A stretch of 64,000 bases of DNA from Orbicella franksi. Its lineage: Eukaryota. A model generated the notes under the pieces. That model saw only the letters and a list, made by a program, of their open reading frames with translations. It did no database searches and was not told the DNA's origin. Location: assembly GCA_964199315.1 (NCBI GenBank), contig OZ116712.1, positions 8,556,001 to 8,620,000 on the forward strand, given 5' to 3'. The first letter of the stretch is position 1. Each line of letters begins with the position of its first letter. The translations under genes were made by a program, and so were the position numbers. Shown piece after piece: positions 45,606 to 60,825 of this stretch.

Positions 45606-48600
45606 TATTAGTCTTTGCCATTACTACTACAACACACCCCTCCCCCGCATCCTGAACGGAAGTACTCTACGCTGCGACCTGTGAAACCCAAATCCACGCT
45701 TCATTCACACGGAGATCAGCGAAAGACCCAAGACTATAAATAAGACCGAAGTTAGACCGCGGCCTTAAGATCCAACTACGACCAAATATGGCGAAACACT
45801 GTTGTTTACAGCAGCATATTTAACTGTTTATAAAACAAGCCGAGAAACGTCTTAAATAGAACTGGCTAACGAAATTGGTCAAAGCAACCGACGACTATGC
45901 TGAGGAGTCAGGCATCCCATATATGGCAACAATAACGTCATGCCCGATTTCCAAAAGGACAACACGGATGGCGAGAAAATGTTTGCTACATTTCCTGTCT
46001 TACAAAAATAGTAAGCATGAATTGTATCTGGTATTTGGAATAATACGTTCGGTTTGTAACCGCAAACTTGTGGTTAAGACTTTACCAAACTTATGTCTCG
46101 CAAATAAGAAACAAATATTTTTTTGAAACAATATTTCATTGTATTACATTTTTTCACAACATTATTACATTGCACCGATCCAATTTCGACAAATAGACCA
46201 TCAAAACGAAAAACAGCTGACATCAATGCCTTCTATTTGAAAGTCTACCTGAAAACTGCATTCCTTCGTCTCTGGGATTTGACTAGTTTTCAGAACAACT
46301 TAAAGCCTTTTATGCTTTTCTTACTTTTCTCTTGATTATCATTTGTGATTTGCCATTAAATATGACAACATAGCAATAGCTCTATACTGCCGTTGACCAA
46401 ACGACGGAAAGATCTGCTATTCCCGCTCAGAGAAGAGGAGAGAAGTTAATTAGTCAGATTTTTAACGTTCCAATCCCTAGTTACTTTTCCAAAAACTTGG
46501 TACAAAAGTACTTTGAGAATAAAAAGAGCTAACACAAAGAAAACCCCAGCTTTGAAAACATTCTTGTTCGATGTTACAAAATTTATATTTGTCTCTTTCA
46601 CACCTCATTTCCACAGCGAATATGTTATCCCGCAAGCAAAACGTATTTCTCGGCAATTGTCGCTTATATTTAGTCGTGACTAAGAGCTCTCAACCTAAGA
46701 AATGGGAAGTGGCACACGCTCTACAAACACACGCGGACCTACAAGCCCAGTTGGAAAAGAGCTGGTAAAGCTAGGTTATTGCTGACAGTTTTCCAAAGGC
46801 TTCGTGCAAATTCAGTCATCTTTTAGGTATATCAACTGTAACAGTCCAAAGAAAATCATTTTCTAAAACAACTTGCACACCTCAAGACGACCTTTCTCTT
46901 GTACACAAACATGGTCTGAAAAGCCAGAACTAGGACTAAATGTAAAAGGCCGACCTAAGTCTATGAAAAACCACCTAGCCAAGGACAAACACACGCACTT
47001 TACGTAGAATAACCAAGCAATCAAACTAATAAATAAACAATCACAGAATAATATAATCACTCATTGTTATCACGCGGCATACCTGGAAATACTCTTGGAC
47101 GTTGAAGTACTTGTTGAAGTTGAAGTAGACACACTACTTGACAAACTAGTGCTGACTGATGTTGATACGCTTGTTGAAATAGATGTTGACACACTTGAAC
47201 TTAACGATGTCGAAGTTGAGGTACTTGTTGACTTTGAAGTAGATACACTACTTGAGGTACTTGTGCTGACTGATGTTGACGCACTTGAAGTCGACGCGAT
47301 CGAAACTGTTGTTATCGGAGTACTGACACTTGCTGAGGTTGATGTGGACACGCTGCTTGACACACTAGTGCTGACTGATGATGACAAACTTGTTGTGGTA
47401 GATGTCGACACGCTTGAACTCAGGGACGTGGATTTTGAAGTACTTGTGCTGGAACTTGAATATGTCGAATAAACCGTTGTTGTTGGAGTACTCACACTTG
47501 TTGATGTGGAAGTGGATGTGGAGACACTGCTTGACACACTAGTGCTGACTGATGTGGATACACTTGTTGTGGTCGATGTCGACACACTTGAAGTCAGTGA
47601 TGTCGTCGTTGAAACACTTGTACTTGCACTTGAATATGTAGAGTAAATCGTTGTTGTGGGAGTACTTACACTTGTTGAGGTTGAGGTTGAAGTAGAGATG
47701 CTACTCGACACACTAGTGCTCACTGATGTTGATACACTTGTTGACACACTCGAACTTAATGATGTCGACGTTGAAGTGCTTAATGATGTCGATGCTGAAG
47801 TACTTGTAGACTTTGAAGTGGACACACTAGTTGAGGTACTTGTGCTAGCACTTGAATACGTCGAGTAAACAGTTGTTGGTGGAGTACTGACACTTGTGGA
47901 GGTTGAGGTTGATGTAGAGACACTGGTTGAGACACTACTGCTGAGTGATGTTGACACACTTGTTGTGGTCGATGTCGACACACTTGAACTCAGTGATGTC
48001 GTCGTTGAAATGCTTGTACTCGCACTTGAATATGTCGAGTACACCGTTGTTGTGGGAGTGCTGACACTTGTTGAGATTGAGGTTGAAGTGGAGATGCTGC
48101 TCGACACACTGGTGCTCACTGATGTTGATACACTTTTTGACACACTCGAACTTAATGATGTCGACGTTGAAGTGCTCGTCGACTTTGAACTGGACACACT
48201 AGCTGAGGTACTTGTGCTTGCACTTGAATATGTTGAGTAAACCGTTGTTGTTGGAGTACTCACACTTGTTGAGGTTGATGTGGATACGCTGCTTGACACA
48301 CTTGTGGTCACTGAAGTTGATGCACTTGATGACACACTTGAGCTCACCGAAGTAGATGTACTTGTGCTGGCACTTGAAAATGTGGAGTAAATCGTTGTTG
48401 TTGGGGTACTGACACTTGTTGAGGTTGATGTTGACACGCTGGTAGACACACTAGTGCTGACGGATGTTGATACACTTGTCGACACACTGGAACTCAGCGA
48501 GGTGGATCTTGATATACTTGTGCTGGCACTTGAGTATGTCGAGTAAACCGTTGTGGTTGGAGTACTGACACTAGCGGAGGTTGATGTTGAGACACTGCTT

Positions 48601-51600
48601 GATACACTGGTGCTAACTGATGTTGATGTACTTGTTGAGGTCGACGTGGACACACTTGAACTCAATGATGTCGATGTTGAGGTACCTGTGCTTGCACTTG
48701 AGTATGTCGAGTAAACCGTTGTTGTTGGAGTACTGACACTTGTTGAGGTTGATGTCGAGACACTGCTTGATACACTGGTGCTGACAGACGTTGACACACT
48801 TGTGGTAGTAGATGTCGACACACTTGAACTGAGCGAAGTCGTTGTTGAAACACTAGTGCTGGCACTTGAATATGTCGAGTATACCGTTGTCGTTGGCGTA
48901 CTGACACTTACTGAGGTCGAAGTTGATGTGGAGACACTGCTTGACACACTAGTGCTGACTGATGTTGATATGCTTGTTGACACACTTGAACTTAACGAAG
49001 TAGATGTTGAAGTACTTGTGCTTGCACTTGAATATGTCGAGTATACTGTTGTTGTTGGGGTACTAACACTCGCTGAGGTTGATGTGGACACACTAGTGCT
49101 AACTGATGTTGATACACTTGTTGTAGTAGATGTTGACACACTTGAACTCACAGAAGTGGATGTTGAAGTACTTGTGCTGGCACTTGAATACGTCGAGTAA
49201 ACCGTTGTTGTTGGAGTACTGACACTTGTTGAGGTTGACGTTGATGTGGAGACACTGCTTGACACACTTGTGCTGACTGATGTTGATACACTTGTTGTAG
49301 TCGATGTTGATACACTTGAATTGAGTGAAGTCGTTGTTGAAACACTTGTACTAGCGCTTGAATATGTCGAGTACACTGTTGTCGTTGGAGTGCTGACACT
49401 CGTTGAGGTTGATGTTGAAGTGGACACACTGCTCGACACACTTGTGCTAACTGATGTTGATGTACTTGTACTAGTTGACGTTGACGTAGATGCGCTGTTG
49501 AGATATCGTTAGATAAAAGCTTGTAAGAATCAATAACGACTTGGTTAGTAACGTTCCTCTCATTGTGACGCTGATGAAAGGAAAACTGTTATAAGAATTT
49601 TAAGTTTAGTTGAGTATAAATATTTTTACTTCAACATTTGCTGCCTTTTCTTCGCTCTCCACTCTTAAGAGGGTCGAGTTTGTTGTTGGTTCTTGTCCTT
49701 GCTCAGAGGGTTTTCTCCCTCCAAAAGAAAAACAGCACTTTCCAAATTCCAATTCGATTCAGAAGCAGTGGAGGAATAGCCACTCCGTGGAGGTGCTACT
49801 GATAATTCCCATTATTTTTGTTAACCATTTCATCAATTCTATTGAATGAGGGTTGAAACATGCATTTTTTTTCCTTCTCGAGGCAACGTTGTACAACATA
49901 ATAACAACATTCATCTTTGTAAAAAGTTAGGTTTTTAATGGCATATTTTCAGTGAAACATTTCAGTGTAGCTATACGACGCAGATATTTAAAACCAGATC
50001 AAACGTCTGCCACATCATTTTGAACATTGTGTTTAAAGCTGGCTTCGTGTAACATGCGTAAAGATCACCGACCGATACAATCGGCTACAAATCGTATTGT
50101 GTTGTATCGTATTTTAGGACAGTCAAGGGCAATTGCGAAATTTGAAGGTGAGTTCCCTTGAGACATAGTCAATACAGAGGAATGTTATGAGGCCCGGCAA
50201 ACATCAAAGGAGAAAATAGGGATGCCAAGATTTATGTTAGAAGGTCCACGACCGTGTACAAGCTTTTGTTTTGTACTCACGCACCATGCATGAATTACGG
50301 ACACAAAACCAAAACGTTTCTATTGGTTTATTCCTTAGAGTTGTCCTCAGTCAGAAGTAACAACTATTGTGTTTTGTGCAAGGTCAAAGCCAAAGAAGTA
50401 AACAAAAACATGCAAACAAACTTTTCGCGTTTCATAACCATTTCTCTCTATTACGATTAGTACCTTAATGTCCACTTTAATACCAAACTCAATTTTTCTC
50501 ATGCTCACTAATTTTTCCGCTTCAAGTAACTCGCGTTTGCGTGTAACCTGAGTTCAATGGTGTGCTTTAAAAACTCTCCACCTCGGAAAATGCAGCATCA
50601 TTTGGAGATTGAGGAATCAAATGCGCCTTTTTTCCTCACTATGTACAATGTATGATACTGCATAGATGTTACGGCTTCTCCAAAACAGTTAACTATCACA
50701 TTTGCACTTTAAAGATAAAAGAATGATTGCACCCTGTTCTCAAATCGGTAAAGAGTTAAAGCCGATGAACACGGTAAAAAAAAACAACCTTATTGTAAAA
50801 CATCTTTTAACATTTTTTTTAAGTTTCCTTTCAAAATGGAAACTAGCGTAGAATTCTTGAACATTTTAGTCCAACAATCTAGCCAATCGAATTAAATTTC
50901 TCTCCAGTGATACCATTCCCTCATACCAGGATCCCCTGGCCAAGGGGCACATGTGAACCTGCGGACGATAATGAGTAAAAGGCTGATGATGATTGGTACT
51001 TCGCAAACGCAATAAATTACCAACAACAATATCATCCACTGATTTACCGTCAAGTTGCTATCACTAAATACTTTAGAATTGATTCCCATGCTGAAAACAA
51101 AACCCAGTCTAATTACCTGTAAGATGAGACAGTTGACGCGGATGATCGTGTCGGCGTCTTCAAACTTGGCGGTATTCTACTTGTTGTAGGAATGGAGAAC
51201 TGTGTCCCTGTAGTTGTCACCACGGTAGACGGGAACACGGTAGCTGCAGTCTTCTGAGAAACTGATTTGTACGAGGTCGTCGCAGATTTAGATGAAGACA
51301 AGCTGAAAGAGGGCATTAGCATTGCTTTCAGTAAGATGAACATGGAATTCGTAAGCAAATCGCAAAGCACTGTTAAAATGGTTTGAATTTATCTCAAATT
51401 GGCAAAAACCTTGTTATATTTAGGTATCAATGCCACTAAATCTTACAAACAGCAGTTTGGAGAGCAATAATAATTTGGATAAGACCTTAATTAAATATTA
51501 TTTAATCTTAGAGGAACTATTTCTCGGCTTTGTACGTATTACCATACTCAAATTAGCAATTAGCCAATCAGAAGCCTCGTCCACTATCCTGATATCACTT

Positions 51601-54600
51601 TTTTTTTTATCTCAATGTCCTGATATCGTGCGAAATCAAGACACTGAACTGATATGGCTACGATATCATCAGCTTCGATGAGGCGATTACCCTATCGTAC
51701 ATTTTTGGTACGCTTCAGTGGCATACTAGCCTTGTTCCCATATTGCCATATTGGCAATTGCAAGCGTCTTAATCGACGACGAAAACCGTTACAGAAAGCA
51801 TCGTAAATCGTAAACCTTATTAATTTATTAACATAAAACCAATTAGCAGTACACACTCTACCTTGTACTGGTTGAAACGCTCGTAGTAACAGACGTAGAC
51901 ACACTTGAACTTAGTGAAGTCGAAGTTGACGTACTTGTTGACGTTGAGGTGGACACACTAGTGGAAACCGATGTGGAAACACTTGCCGTCGAAGATGTGG
52001 ACACACTTGAACTCAATGACGTTGATGTTGAAACACTTGTGCTTGCACTTGAATATGTCGAGTAAACTGTTGTTGTTGGAGTACTGATACTCGTTGATGC
52101 TGAGGTCGAGACACTGCTTGAAACACTAGTGCTGACCGATGTGGACACACTTGTTGAAATAGATGTGGAAACACTTGAACTCAATGACGTTGATGCCGAA
52201 ACGCTTGTGCTTGCACTTGAATATGTCGAGTACACTGTTGTTGTTGGAGTACTGATACTCGTTGATGTAGACGTGGACGTGGATGTTGAGGTGGAGACAC
52301 TGCTTGACACACTAGTGCTAACTGATGTGGAAACACTTGTGGTAGTAGATGTGGAAACACTTGAACTCAACGACGTTGATGTCGAAACGCTTGTGCTTGC
52401 ACTTGAATATGTCGAGTACGCTGTTGTTGTTGGCGTACTGACACTAGTTGAGGTGGACGTGGACGTCGAGGCCGAGACACTACTTGACACACTAGTGCTG
52501 ACTGATGTGGACACACTTGTTGTAGTAGAACTGGACACACTCGAACTCGATGACGTTGATGTTGAAACACTTGTGCTAGCACTTGAAAATGTCGAGTAAA
52601 CTGTTGTTGTTGGAGTACTGAGACTCGTTGATGTAGATATGGACGTAGATGTGGACGTTGAGGTCGAAACACTGCTTGACACACTAGTGCTGACTGATGT
52701 TGACACACTTGTAGTAGAAGTCGACACACTTGAACTCAATGATGTTGATGTTGAAACACTAGTGCTGGCACTTGAATATGTCGAGTACAATGTTGTTGTT
52801 GGAGTACTGACACTTGTTGAGGTTGATATTGATGTTGATGTTGAAGTGGACACACTGCTTGACACACTAGTGCTAACTGATGTCGATACACTGGTTGTAG
52901 TAGATGTGGACACGCTTGAGCTCAATGACGTCGATGTTGAAACGCTTGTGCTTGCACTTGAATACGTCGAGTACACTGTTGTTGTTGGAGTACTGACACT
53001 CGTTGAGGTTGATGTGGATGTTGATGTTGATGTTGATGTTGATGTTGATGTTGATGTTGATGTTGAAGTGGACACACTGCTTGACACACTAGTGCTAACT
53101 GATGTCGATACACTTGTCGTAGATGTGGACACGCTTGAGCTCAATGACGTCGATGTTGAAACGCTTGTGCTTGCACTTGAATACGTCGAGTACACTGTTG
53201 TTGTTGGAGTACTGACACTCGTTGACGTTGATGTGGATGTTGATGTTGATGTTGATGATGAAGTAGACACACTGCTTGATACACTAGTGCTAACTGATGT
53301 CGATACACTGGTTGTCGTAGATGTGGACACGCTTGAGCTCAATGACGTGGATGTCGACACACTTGTGCTTGCACTTGAATACGTCGAGTACACTGTTGTT
53401 GTGGGAGTACTGACACTCGTTGAGGTTGATGTTGGTGTGGACACACTGCTTGACACGCTCGTACTTACTGACGTTGATACACTTGTTGTAGTAGATGTGG
53501 ACACGCTTGAGCTCGATGACGTGGATGTCGACACACTTGTGCTTGCACTTGAATGCGTCGAGTACACTGTTGTTGTGGGAGTACTCACACTCGTTGAGGT
53601 TGATGTTGATGTGGACACACTGCTTGACACACTCGTGCTTACTGATGTTGATACACTTGTCGTAAGAGATGTTGACACACTTGAACTCGATGATGTGGAT
53701 GTCGACACACTTGTGCTGGCACTTGAATATGTGGAGTACACTGTTGTTGTTGGAGTGCTGACACTCGTTGAGGTTGATATTGATGTTGATGTTGAGGTGG
53801 ACACACTGCTTGACACACTAGTGCTAACTGATGTGGACACACTGGTTGTCGTAGATGTGGACACGCTTGTACTCAATGACGTGGATGTCGAAACGCTTGT
53901 GCTTGCACTTGAATACGTCGAGTACACTGTTGTTGTTGGAGTACTGACACTCGTTGATGTAGATGTGGACGTGGACGTGGAGGTCGAGACACTGCTTGAC
54001 ACACTCGTGCTGACTGATGTGGACACACTTGTTGTAGTAGATGTAGACACACTTGAACTCAATGACGTTGATGTTGAAACACTTGTGCTTGCACTTGAAT
54101 ATGTCGAGTAAACTGTTGTTGTTGGAGTACTGACACTCGTTGAGGTAGATGTGGACGTACTACTCGACACACTAGTACTGACTGATGTAGATGTGCTCGT
54201 TGACACACTTGAACTCAGTGAAGTTGATGTTGAAGTACTTGCACTACTAGCACTGAGATGGAGAACAATTAATACACAATTTGAGTGTTTGTCTTACAGT
54301 ACATTAGAAGTACCTTTGTAATTAAGAATTGATGCTTTAGGGCACATTATCGAATTATTTTTAAAGTTTGAAGAGTAATAAAGAAACGTAAGAGATGCTC
54401 CCTGTAGAATCTAGAGCTACTCGAGTTTTTGGAGTGCTCTCCAATCTTCTCAGGTATGATAACTGATGATGCGGAACTTGAAGTATTAAGGACTTCTTTC
54501 ATAACATTGCAAATAGAAACTGCGAAACGAAGTGAGCTGCTAACGCCATGAGCATGGTAGTTTTAAAGCGAAGCTTTGCTATCGAAATTATATAGAAATT

Positions 54601-57600
54601 GATAATTTTCTTGTCCAAGCTCTTTTCTCACTAATTCTTTTCCAGTGGTGAGTTGTAAACGACGAGACTGATTATCATTTGTGTGCTATACTTTTCTGTC
54701 GATTTCAGAGCTAAAACAACTCAGAAACAAAAAGCGGTACATGGAAGCTAGTTCTAGCTTTCACCTTTTGTAAAGACGTCATGGACAGGACAACAACTGC
54801 TCATGATTGTGTTTCAATCTCTAAGAGCCATCGTGCGGAATGACCCCACGAGTGTGTGTTGCAATCACATGAAAATCACATGACAGGGGAATTGTATTAC
54901 TGTCTTTACGCTCAGTCACGTAAAAGGAATCTCGTTACACCTTTGTGACCACCAATGTGGGGGATAGGTAGTTTTTACTGGTTTCATGCCTTTAAACCGA
55001 CTTTAAAATGCGCCGTTTCAGAGCCGACGGGAGTGATTAACCAAATTAACGTTATTACGCTAGTACGTTTATTCGGTAGAATTTATTGCTGTTGGAAACG
55101 AAATCCGTGCGATTGTAAATAGGTAATTTTCGTATACTCGGTTTTAGCTAGAGCTAGTCAGCAAAGAGGGATTTGTTTTGTTTTAAAATGCGAATCAAAA
55201 GAAGCCATTTTTTCATTATTCTTCTAAATTGTCATATTTTGTAACTTCATTTCAGTTTTATCTCGTACATTATAAATGTTCTGTTAAGTAATTGGACGAC
55301 ATGCTGGTACTGCACACACGTCACTGCTCTGAGATTTCCATCACGATCATTACAAACCAACTAACTGTCCACTTGTTCGTCAGACATATTGCAGACCGTC
55401 TAGAGTTTCTGTATATATTACTTTTCACCAAATATCATTACCATATTCAGGTTTTCTTTCCCTTACTTCCACCTTTCTAATTCTATAAGTATACGCCGCA
55501 GGCAATTACCTGTTAGATGAAACTGTTGACGCGGATGACCGTGTCGGCGTCTTCAAACTTGGTGGTATCCTACTTGTTGTAGGAATGGAGAATTGTGTCC
55601 CTGTAGTTGTCACCACGGTAGACGGGAACACGGTGGCAGCGGTCTTCTGAGAAACTGATTTATATGAAGTCGTCGGTGATTTAGATGACGAGAAGCTGAA
55701 AGAGGACATAAATGTATATTTCATTAATCGGGATTAACTTTAACTTTGATTTTATTTGAATTCGTTGCATACATAGGAAACCAAACTGATAAAATAATAA
55801 AATAATGTTAGTAATAGATAAATAAATAAATAAATAAATAAATAAATCATTAGCGTCAACAACTGGAGCAGAAAACAGGACGATGTCCGAATCGATATTC
55901 AGCCCCAACAAAATATATTTGAAATAGCAACAAAATGGTAATAATAATTGTGGTAGTAGTAAAACAGCAATAATTATTACATGATAATAATTTGATTTAA
56001 AAATAAATAATAATACATACTTACACCCCCACTATTTGGAAGAGCTTGGAAGATTATAACATTGTATAAGAAAATTTATAATTACTGCTAGGAGGCTTTC
56101 ATTTCTCTCAAATTTGTAACAAAACTTATGTACTGTGTTTGTATGTTCATGTCACCGTTAACTCCGATCTTCAAAATGACGCCTCTGTCATATATACCGT
56201 AATGAGGATGCAGTTTGGTAAGTGAAGATGAAATCGCAAGCACATTCAAGAAATCAATTTCTTCACCACTATATATCCCTGCCATATCACTATATTATTT
56301 GCGATAATGTGCAATACTCCCCGGTCCTTTAAGCCAATCAGTTCAAGTTCCCCTGAGGTGACATTCACGCTCCGGGTTTTTCTCGATCAATGAGAGAAAG
56401 AAAAGCCTACATGAAGCTGAAAGCTTAAAAGAAAGCAACAATGGCCTAATATTGTTCGGTAATATAAATCTGTAAGTACAATATTCATGTCCTTTTACAA
56501 AAAAGTGCGTCTATGGTTTAACCAACTCCAAGACCACCGAAAGCTGAACGTAACAAGCAAAAATCGGCTCACGTCTAACGAGGCCGGCATTTTTGAGACA
56601 ATGTAAGGTAAATTAAGACAGGTATGTCGTGCGTGAAAACTGGAACGCCTCCCCAGATTAGCGCAATCATTTCGCTACTTTAGCACGGAGGAGAAGACAC
56701 TACAGCACAATATCATGCAATAGACAAACCATCCTTGAAAAGGAGTCGTGTAACACGACACCAATTCCAAAAACGACATCTAAAAATGCAGGCCGGGAGC
56801 ACCTGAATCGGTGCTAACCGCAAAACAGCAAATCAAACAACAAGGTAATAAACTTCCACTTTTCTAAATCAAAAAAACAAAAATAGAACAGAATATATAA
56901 AAAATTATCTCATCCTACCTTGTGCTGGTTGACACACTCGTAGTCACAGAAGTTGACGCACTTGTCGTGGTAGAAGTTGAGGTACTTGAACTCAATGAAG
57001 TTGAAGTTGACGTACTGACGCTTTTTGAAGTTGATGTCGACACACTACTTGATACACTAGTGCTGACTGATGTGGACACACTTGTTGTCGTAGATGTTGA
57101 CACACTTGAACTTATGGAAGTTGTTGTTGATACACTTGTGCTGGCACTTGAATAGGTCGAGTAAACCGTTGTTGTTGGAGTACTGACACTCGTTGAGGTC
57201 GATGTTGAGGTGGAGACACTGCTAGATAAACTAGTGCTGATTGATGATGACACACTTGAACTCAACGAACTGGATGTTGATGTACTTGTGCTGCCACTTG
57301 AATATGTCGAGTACACTGTTGTTGTTGGAGTACTGACACTTGCCGATGTTGACGTAGACACGCTGCTTGAGACACTAGTGCTGAGCGATGAAGACACACT
57401 CGTCGTAGTAGACGTGGAAACGCCTAAACTCCATGAAATAGGTGTAGACGAGCTTCTACTAGCGCTTGAATATGTCGAGTACACCGTTGTTGTTGGAGTA
57501 CTGACACTTGTTGAGGTTGACGTTGAAGTGGAGACACTGCTTGACACACTTGTGGTGACTGATGTGGATACACTTGTTGTAGTAGATGTTGACACACTTG

Positions 57601-60600
57601 AACTCAGTGACGTGGTTGTTGAAATACTTGTGCTTGCGCTTGAATATGTCGAGTAAACCGTTGTTGTTGGAGTACTGACACTTGTTGATGTCGACGTTGA
57701 GGTGGACACACTGCTTGACACACTTGTGGTGACTGATGTTGATGTACTTGTCGACACGCTTGAGCTCAAAGAAGTGGATGTTGAGGTACTTGTGCTTGCG
57801 CTTGAATATGTGGAGTACACTGTTGTTGTTGGAGTGCTGACACTTGTTGATGTTGACGTTGAGGTGGAGACACTGCTTGATACACTAGTGCTGACTGATG
57901 TTGACACACTTGTTGACGTAGAACTGACACTTGTTGATGTTGATGTTGATGTAGAAACACTGCTAGAAATACTAGTGCTGACTGATGTTGATGTACTTGT
58001 TGAGACACTTGAACTCAAAGATGTGGATGTTGAAGTACTTGTACTGGCACTTGAATATGTCGAGTAAACCGTTGTTGTTGGAGTACTGACACTTGTTGAA
58101 GTAGAGGTTGATGTTGAAACACTGCTTGAAACACTAGTGCTGACTGATGTTGACACACTTGTTGTCGTAGAGGTCGACACACTTGTACTCAATGAGGTTG
58201 TTGTTGAAACACTTGTGCTTGCACTTGAATATGTCGAGTAAACTGTTGTTGTTGGAGTACTCACACTTGTTGAAGTTGATGTGGACACACTTGTGCTGAC
58301 GGATGTTGAAACACTTGTTGAAGTACTTCTTGAAACACTTGAACTCAAAGACGTGGAGGTTGAGGTACTTGTGCTGGCACTTGAATATGTCGAATAAACA
58401 GTAGTTGTGGGAGTACTGATACTGGCTGAGGTTGATGTGGACACACTGCTTGACACACTAGTGGTGACAGATGTTGACACACTTGAGCTGAGGGAGGTTG
58501 ACGATGAAGTGCTTGTACTTATGCTTGTTGAGGTGGAGGTGGAGACACTGGTACTAATTGAAGTTGATACACTAGTTGTAGTTGATGTCGACAAACTTGA
58601 ACTCAAGGAAGTAGAAGTTGAAACACTCGTGCTGGCACTTGAATATGTCGAGTACACTGTGGTTGTTGGAGTACTCACACTTGTTGAGGTGGACGTGGAA
58701 GTGGAGGTAGAGACACTGCTTGACACACTAGTGCTGACTGATGTGGACACACTAGTTGTAGTAGATGTTGACGTACTTGAACTCAATGAAGTGGATGTTG
58801 AAACACTTGTGCTGGCACTCGAATATGTCGAGTAAACCGTTGTTGTTGGAGTACTGACACTTGTTGAAGTCGAGGTTGAGGTGGAGACGCTGGTAGAAAC
58901 ACTAGTGCTGACTGATGTTGACACACTTGAACTCAATGAAGTGGAAGTTGAAGTACTTGTACTGGTGCTTGTAGAGATTGAACTGCAAAACAAGGAAATT
59001 GATAACAATTTGTATCTCCCGTCTAGTGTTCAGGGTATTGACGTAGACGGACTTGTAGGTGACGTGGCTAAATGTTTTTGTTGTTGTTGTTGTCTCAGGC
59101 AAACTGCTCATGTGCTACGTTGTATGTGAGTAAACCATACTCCATTTGTGCAAAGAGTAAAAGAGTTAATCTCCCACTGTAGGCCTTGACCCTTAAACCT
59201 TTCAAACCATTTTCATCCTTAACGAAAACATCCACTCAAAGGGCGTGATAACATTATGCGCGGAAGGACTAGGTAACATGTCTCAAAATAAATTCAAAGG
59301 GAGTTTTAGAAGGCTTTTAATTGTGATTAACTGTCTTACACTTCATCCTATCTCGATTTGGACAATGGCATGAATAACCACGCAGGAAGTGAGCTCAAAC
59401 AGCTAATAAAATGCCATCAATTACGACGGTCAATTCACAGTGCTTGAATGAGTCGATAATCACTTGCTTGTGATTGAACACGACCAAAACTACACATACT
59501 TTGTTCTCTCAGTACTCTTCCATGAAACAGGGAGAGGGGAGTGGGGTACCTATTCAACAGGGAAGCGTTTATTTTAAATTTTGGCCGATAGGAGGGGCGC
59601 TTATTTGAGGGGAGACGTTAATTCGAGAACTTATGGTATGTGTAACTTAGGATAGGTGTTACTTAGTTATTCAACGAACCTTCTGCACATTAAATTAGGT
59701 ATAAACAGAAATGTTTAATTCTAGCAAGAATATAATTGGAACTAAACAGAACTACTGTATCAGTCAGACAGAAGCACATATATGCAGAACTGCACGAATT
59801 TGTCAGCGCTCAATAAATTCAGAAACATTTTCCACTATTAAAGAATACAAACTAACGTGTAAGATGAAACAGTTGGTTTGGACGTTTGTGCCGGCGGCTT
59901 CAAACTTGGTGGTATCCTACTTGTTGTAGGAATGGAGAATTGTGTCCCAGTTGTTGTCACCACGGTAGACGGGAACACGGTGGCTGCGGTTTTCTGAGAA
60001 ACCGATTTATATGAAGTTGTCGCAGATTTAGATGACGACAAACTGAAAAAAAAAACGTATTTAAGATGCGAAGGTTAGAATCATTAAACGTTCGCGTAAA
60101 CAGAGCGAAATACAGTCACTTTTGGACTTCTAAGTATGTGAATTTGCCATAAGGACTCTGAAATAACGTCACAAGGAGACGTGATTTGATCAGCAAACTT
60201 GTATTTAATGTTGCACTAGGTATGGTCACAAACCTCGGTAAGACCAAATGAAACTATAAGAACGCACAACTTTGCTAGTAACAAATTCCTTCAGATCAAT
60301 GTATTTCTGGCATGTCTGGCATGTCCATCTATTGTAAATAGTACAACGTTTGGTATATTTTTCAACAGCTCGCGATGTTAGAAGTTCGAGTTCGACTTTG
60401 AGCAGCTGGTAGCTCAGGTTAGAAACTTTATTTTGGTTTAGTTTAAAGTATAGAGACCTTTCTGGTCTAATTTGAAAGGAAAATGGTGTTTTTATCAAAT
60501 CCTGGGGAAAAATGGCATTTACAAGATGACAATTTAGCGCATGATTTAAAAATATAATTAAGATATATTCGTACAGACTGTTTATAAAGTTACCATTCTC

Positions 60601-60793
60601 TACAATAAAATTAAAGCTAACCCTTCTCAAACCAACCGAAGATCTTATCAGGTTAACCAGGGTATTAACCATACGATAAGGCTGACATAAGTGCAATTTA
60701 GGCACCAACAAACACGAATTATGAGACACTCACACGCTGTTTTGAGGAAAAAGATCATGTAAGCTATATTATCTTATCGCAATTAACTAATAT

Positions 60794-60825
<32 letters not shown>

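Noticed and set aside
45429-45655. Poly-His and poly-Ser ORFs
   Set aside because: Translations of an intronic (CCT)(CAT) microsatellite on the non-coding strand.
49610-49760. Candidate exon between spacer copy 3 and the 49494 exon
   Set aside because: The phase-compatible frame has an early stop and the sequence looks like a SINE fragment.
52639-54111. Long plus-strand Val/Asp/Thr/Leu ORFs (also 61465-62757 and many shorter ones) that look like acidic biomineral proteins
   Set aside because: They are the antisense shadow of Ser/Thr/Val codons. They break wherever the sense strand uses GTT TAC (antisense TAA), and the splice sites and frame continuity are all on the minus strand.
56088-56285. 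ORF with KLHPHYGI, faintly like a LINE reverse-transcriptase segment
   Set aside because: Too short, and lacks diagnostic motifs such as PQG or YADD.
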